NCBI GenBank assembly: GCA_029242795.1 | Contig: JAQWTH010000033.1 | Coordinates: 1 to 47,024, forward strand | From: Candidatus Pelagibacterales bacterium | Lineage (GTDB): Bacteria; Pseudomonadota; Alphaproteobacteria; Pelagibacterales; AG-422-B15 | Length of the DNA stretch: 47,024 bases | Direction of reading: 5' to 3' | Shown: piece after piece, positions 45,644 through 47,024 of the stretch | How positions within the stretch are numbered: position 1 is the stretch's first letter | How the letters are laid out: each line of letters starts with the position of its first letter | Notes under the pieces: model-generated | Told to the model about the DNA's origin: nothing | The model's database searches: none | What the model saw: the letters and a program-made list of their open reading frames with translations, nothing else | Program-made: the position numbers and the translations under genes

Positions 45644-46471
45644 TTATGATCTGAATGAATGCTTAGGGTATACACCTAAAATATTTAATTGATTTGTATA
45701 ATGAGTGATCTCATCTAAAGCAGCCTTCACAGGAGCGTCATTTGAATGGCCTTCAAATTCTAAATAAAATTGAGCTTTGTTAAAATCTCGATCGCTTATA
45801 AAGCTTTCAAGTTTTATCATATTGATACCGTTTGTCGCTAAACCACCCAATGCTTTGTATAAAGCAGACGGAATACTTTTAACCTCAAATATACAACTAG
45901 TTATATATTCTAATTCCATATTTCGATCTTGTTGTGATTTCGACATGATTAAGAATCTAGTTGTATTATTTTTGTCGTCTTCAATATTTTCTTTAATTAT
46001 TTTTAAATCGTAGATTTCAGCAGCAAGATTTGAAGCAATTGCAGAGTCATGTTTATTTCCCTCTTCACTTATATATTTTGCTGAACCAGCTGTGTCAGCC
46101 ATAATGATTGAAGTTAAAGATAGTTCATCAATTACTTTTTTACATTGTCCAATTCCCATTGAATGACTTCTAATATATTTTAAATCACTTATTTCAGACT
46201 CTTTTTTTGTAACTAATTGATGACGAACTCTCTCAAAATGTTCGGCATATATTTTTAAATTTGAATTACCTAATAGAGTATGAATATCCGCAACTCTTCC
46301 AGCAACAGTATTTTCAACTGGAATCATTGCCATTTCAGCTTTATCTTCAACAACAGCACTTAAAGCTTCCTCAAATGTCTTACATGGAATAACTTCACAA
46401 CCAGAAAAACAGTTTTGACATGCTAAATGTGAATACGCTCCTAATTCACCTTGGAAAGATATTTTCTTCAT
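45644..46471 (-). CDS. pheA: Prephenate dehydratase
   Basis: FQGELGAYSH, NTTRFLIMS (TRF motif), and a C-terminal ACT domain with INMIKLESF...FYLEFEGH, as in alphaproteobacterial PheA. Confidence 0.88.
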   Translation of the reverse strand: MKKISFQGELGAYSHLACQNCFSGCEVIPCKTFEEALSAVVEDKAEMAMIPVENTVAGRVADIHTLLGNSNLKIYAEHFERVRHQLVTKKESEISDLKYIRSHSMGIGQCKKVIDELSLTSIIMADTAGSAKYISEEGNKHDSAIASNLAAEIYDLKIIKENIEDDKNNTTRFLIMSKSQQDRNMELEYITSCIFEVKSIPSALYKALGGLATNGINMIKLESFISDRDFNKAQFYLEFEGHSNDAPVKAALDEITHYTNQLNILGVYPKHSFRS

Positions 46472-47024
46472 GAATTTTTCATTACTTCTCTTACTAGTTC
46501 TAAATCCTCATGAGTATCAACACCTAATGGTAAGTTGTCAATTAATGCAGCACCAATATTCATATTATTATCTAAAGCTCTCAATTGCTCAAGTTTGAAT
46601 GAAGTTTCTCTTTCTGATTGAGGTAGATTAATAAATCTTTCTAGTGAACTTCGACGGTAAGAATAAACACCAATATGATGAAAATGATTATTTTTTGTTT
46701 TTTGATCATAAGTCCGGGTAAAATCAATTGTTTTTGTAATTATTTCATTTTCATTGAACTCACATAATGCTTTTACGATGTTTTTATTTTTAAAATCCAT
46801 ATCCGTATCCATTTTTGCCACAAGTGTTCCAATTTCATAGTTATCATTTTGTAAAATATTCAAAACCTGTTGAAGATTTATAGCTAAGATATTTGGAAGA
46901 TCACCTTGTAAATTAATCACATATTTAATTTCATTCATGGTGTCTATTTTAATCAGAGCTTCATAAATTCTATCGGACCCAGATTGATGATCTTGCTCTG
47001 TAATGACAGATATACCCCCTTCAT
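46468..47024 (-). CDS. kdsB: 3-deoxy-manno-octulosonate cytidylyltransferase (CMP-KDO synthetase), 5' end outside window
   Basis: The frame stays open upstream of the tracked ATG 46938 to the window edge (..EGGISVITEQDHQSGSDRIYEALIKIDT-MNEIKYVINLQGDLP). HQSGSDRI and NLQGDLP correspond to the KdsB HxSGTDR and VQGDEP motifs. 4-nt overlap with pheA. Confidence 0.88.
   Translation of the reverse strand, partial: EGGISVITEQDHQSGSDRIYEALIKIDTMNEIKYVINLQGDLPNILAINLQQVLNILQNDNYEIGTLVAKMDTDMDFKNKNIVKALCEFNENEIITKTIDFTRTYDQKTKNNHFHHIGVYSYRRSSLERFINLPQSERETSFKLEQLRALDNNMNIGAALIDNLPLGVDTHEDLELVREVMKNS

Noticed and set aside
1-47024. Scan for CRISPR arrays, IS elements, integrases, prophage genes, toxin-antitoxin pairs, restriction-modification or other defence islands
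   Set aside because: I saw no regularly spaced direct repeats. No transposase, integrase, recombinase or nuclease-helicase signature appears in any ORF. Every ORF over 100 aa not dismissed as a shadow ORF has a housekeeping, metabolic or membrane-protein assignment, though DUF4864-like, TIGR02186-like and TVP38 have no assigned function. Composition looks uniform by eye.

Overview
By eye the window is very AT-rich (roughly 30% G+C) and extremely gene-dense. It looks like an alphaproteobacterial chromosome segment of the streamlined marine SAR11/Pelagibacterales type. The lineage pointers are GcrA, a class I lysyl-tRNA synthetase, a free-standing ProX editing protein, a TIGR02186-like protein, sarcosine oxidase genes, and many 1-4 nt gene overlaps.

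I can support 51 intact or edge-truncated protein genes, one interrupted gene, and two RNA genes. One protein gene (rpmH) and both RNA genes (tRNA-Arg-ACG, 4.5S/SRP RNA) are absent from the ORF track.

Content from left to right:
- soxA (partial), soxG, an esterase and an SDR
- a minus-strand EamA / beta-hydroxyacid dehydrogenase / Fe-ADH unit
- a tightly coupled serine hydrolase / GPH symporter / galactokinase / GH1 glycosidase unit
- a scattered fatty-acid beta-oxidation set (thiolase, PaaI, crotonase, MaoC, ACAD, DECR-like SDR), interrupted by an rmlA / proX / Nudix unit
- a TauE / TIGR02186-like / CcdA membrane unit
- pyrD, lysK, folE, trkH, argF, argD, yadH-like permease, gcrA, and an M48-PDZ lipoprotein
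- rpmH-rnpA-yidD-yidC-argB-dapD-dapE
- truA-fmt-def, the recR-ybaB-dnaX-ffs block, nudC, pheA, and kdsB (partial)

I see no CRISPR array, transposase, integrase, phage genes, toxin-antitoxin pair or recognisable defence system. This reads as mostly core genome, and I found no clear-cut novel system.

The items most worth a second look are:
1. a TVP38/TMEM64 gene split by one in-frame TAA
2. the regulator-less glycoside uptake and anomeric-kinase module with no Leloir partners in the window, plus an orphan rmlA 3.3 kb away
3. the TauE / TIGR02186-like / CcdA membrane triad of unknown function
4. a minimal 415-aa DnaX
5. a 12-nt tandem repeat embedded in an AT-only palindrome
6. the near-total absence of spacer DNA at convergent gene ends

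All family assignments come from motif recognition by eye. No database search was run.
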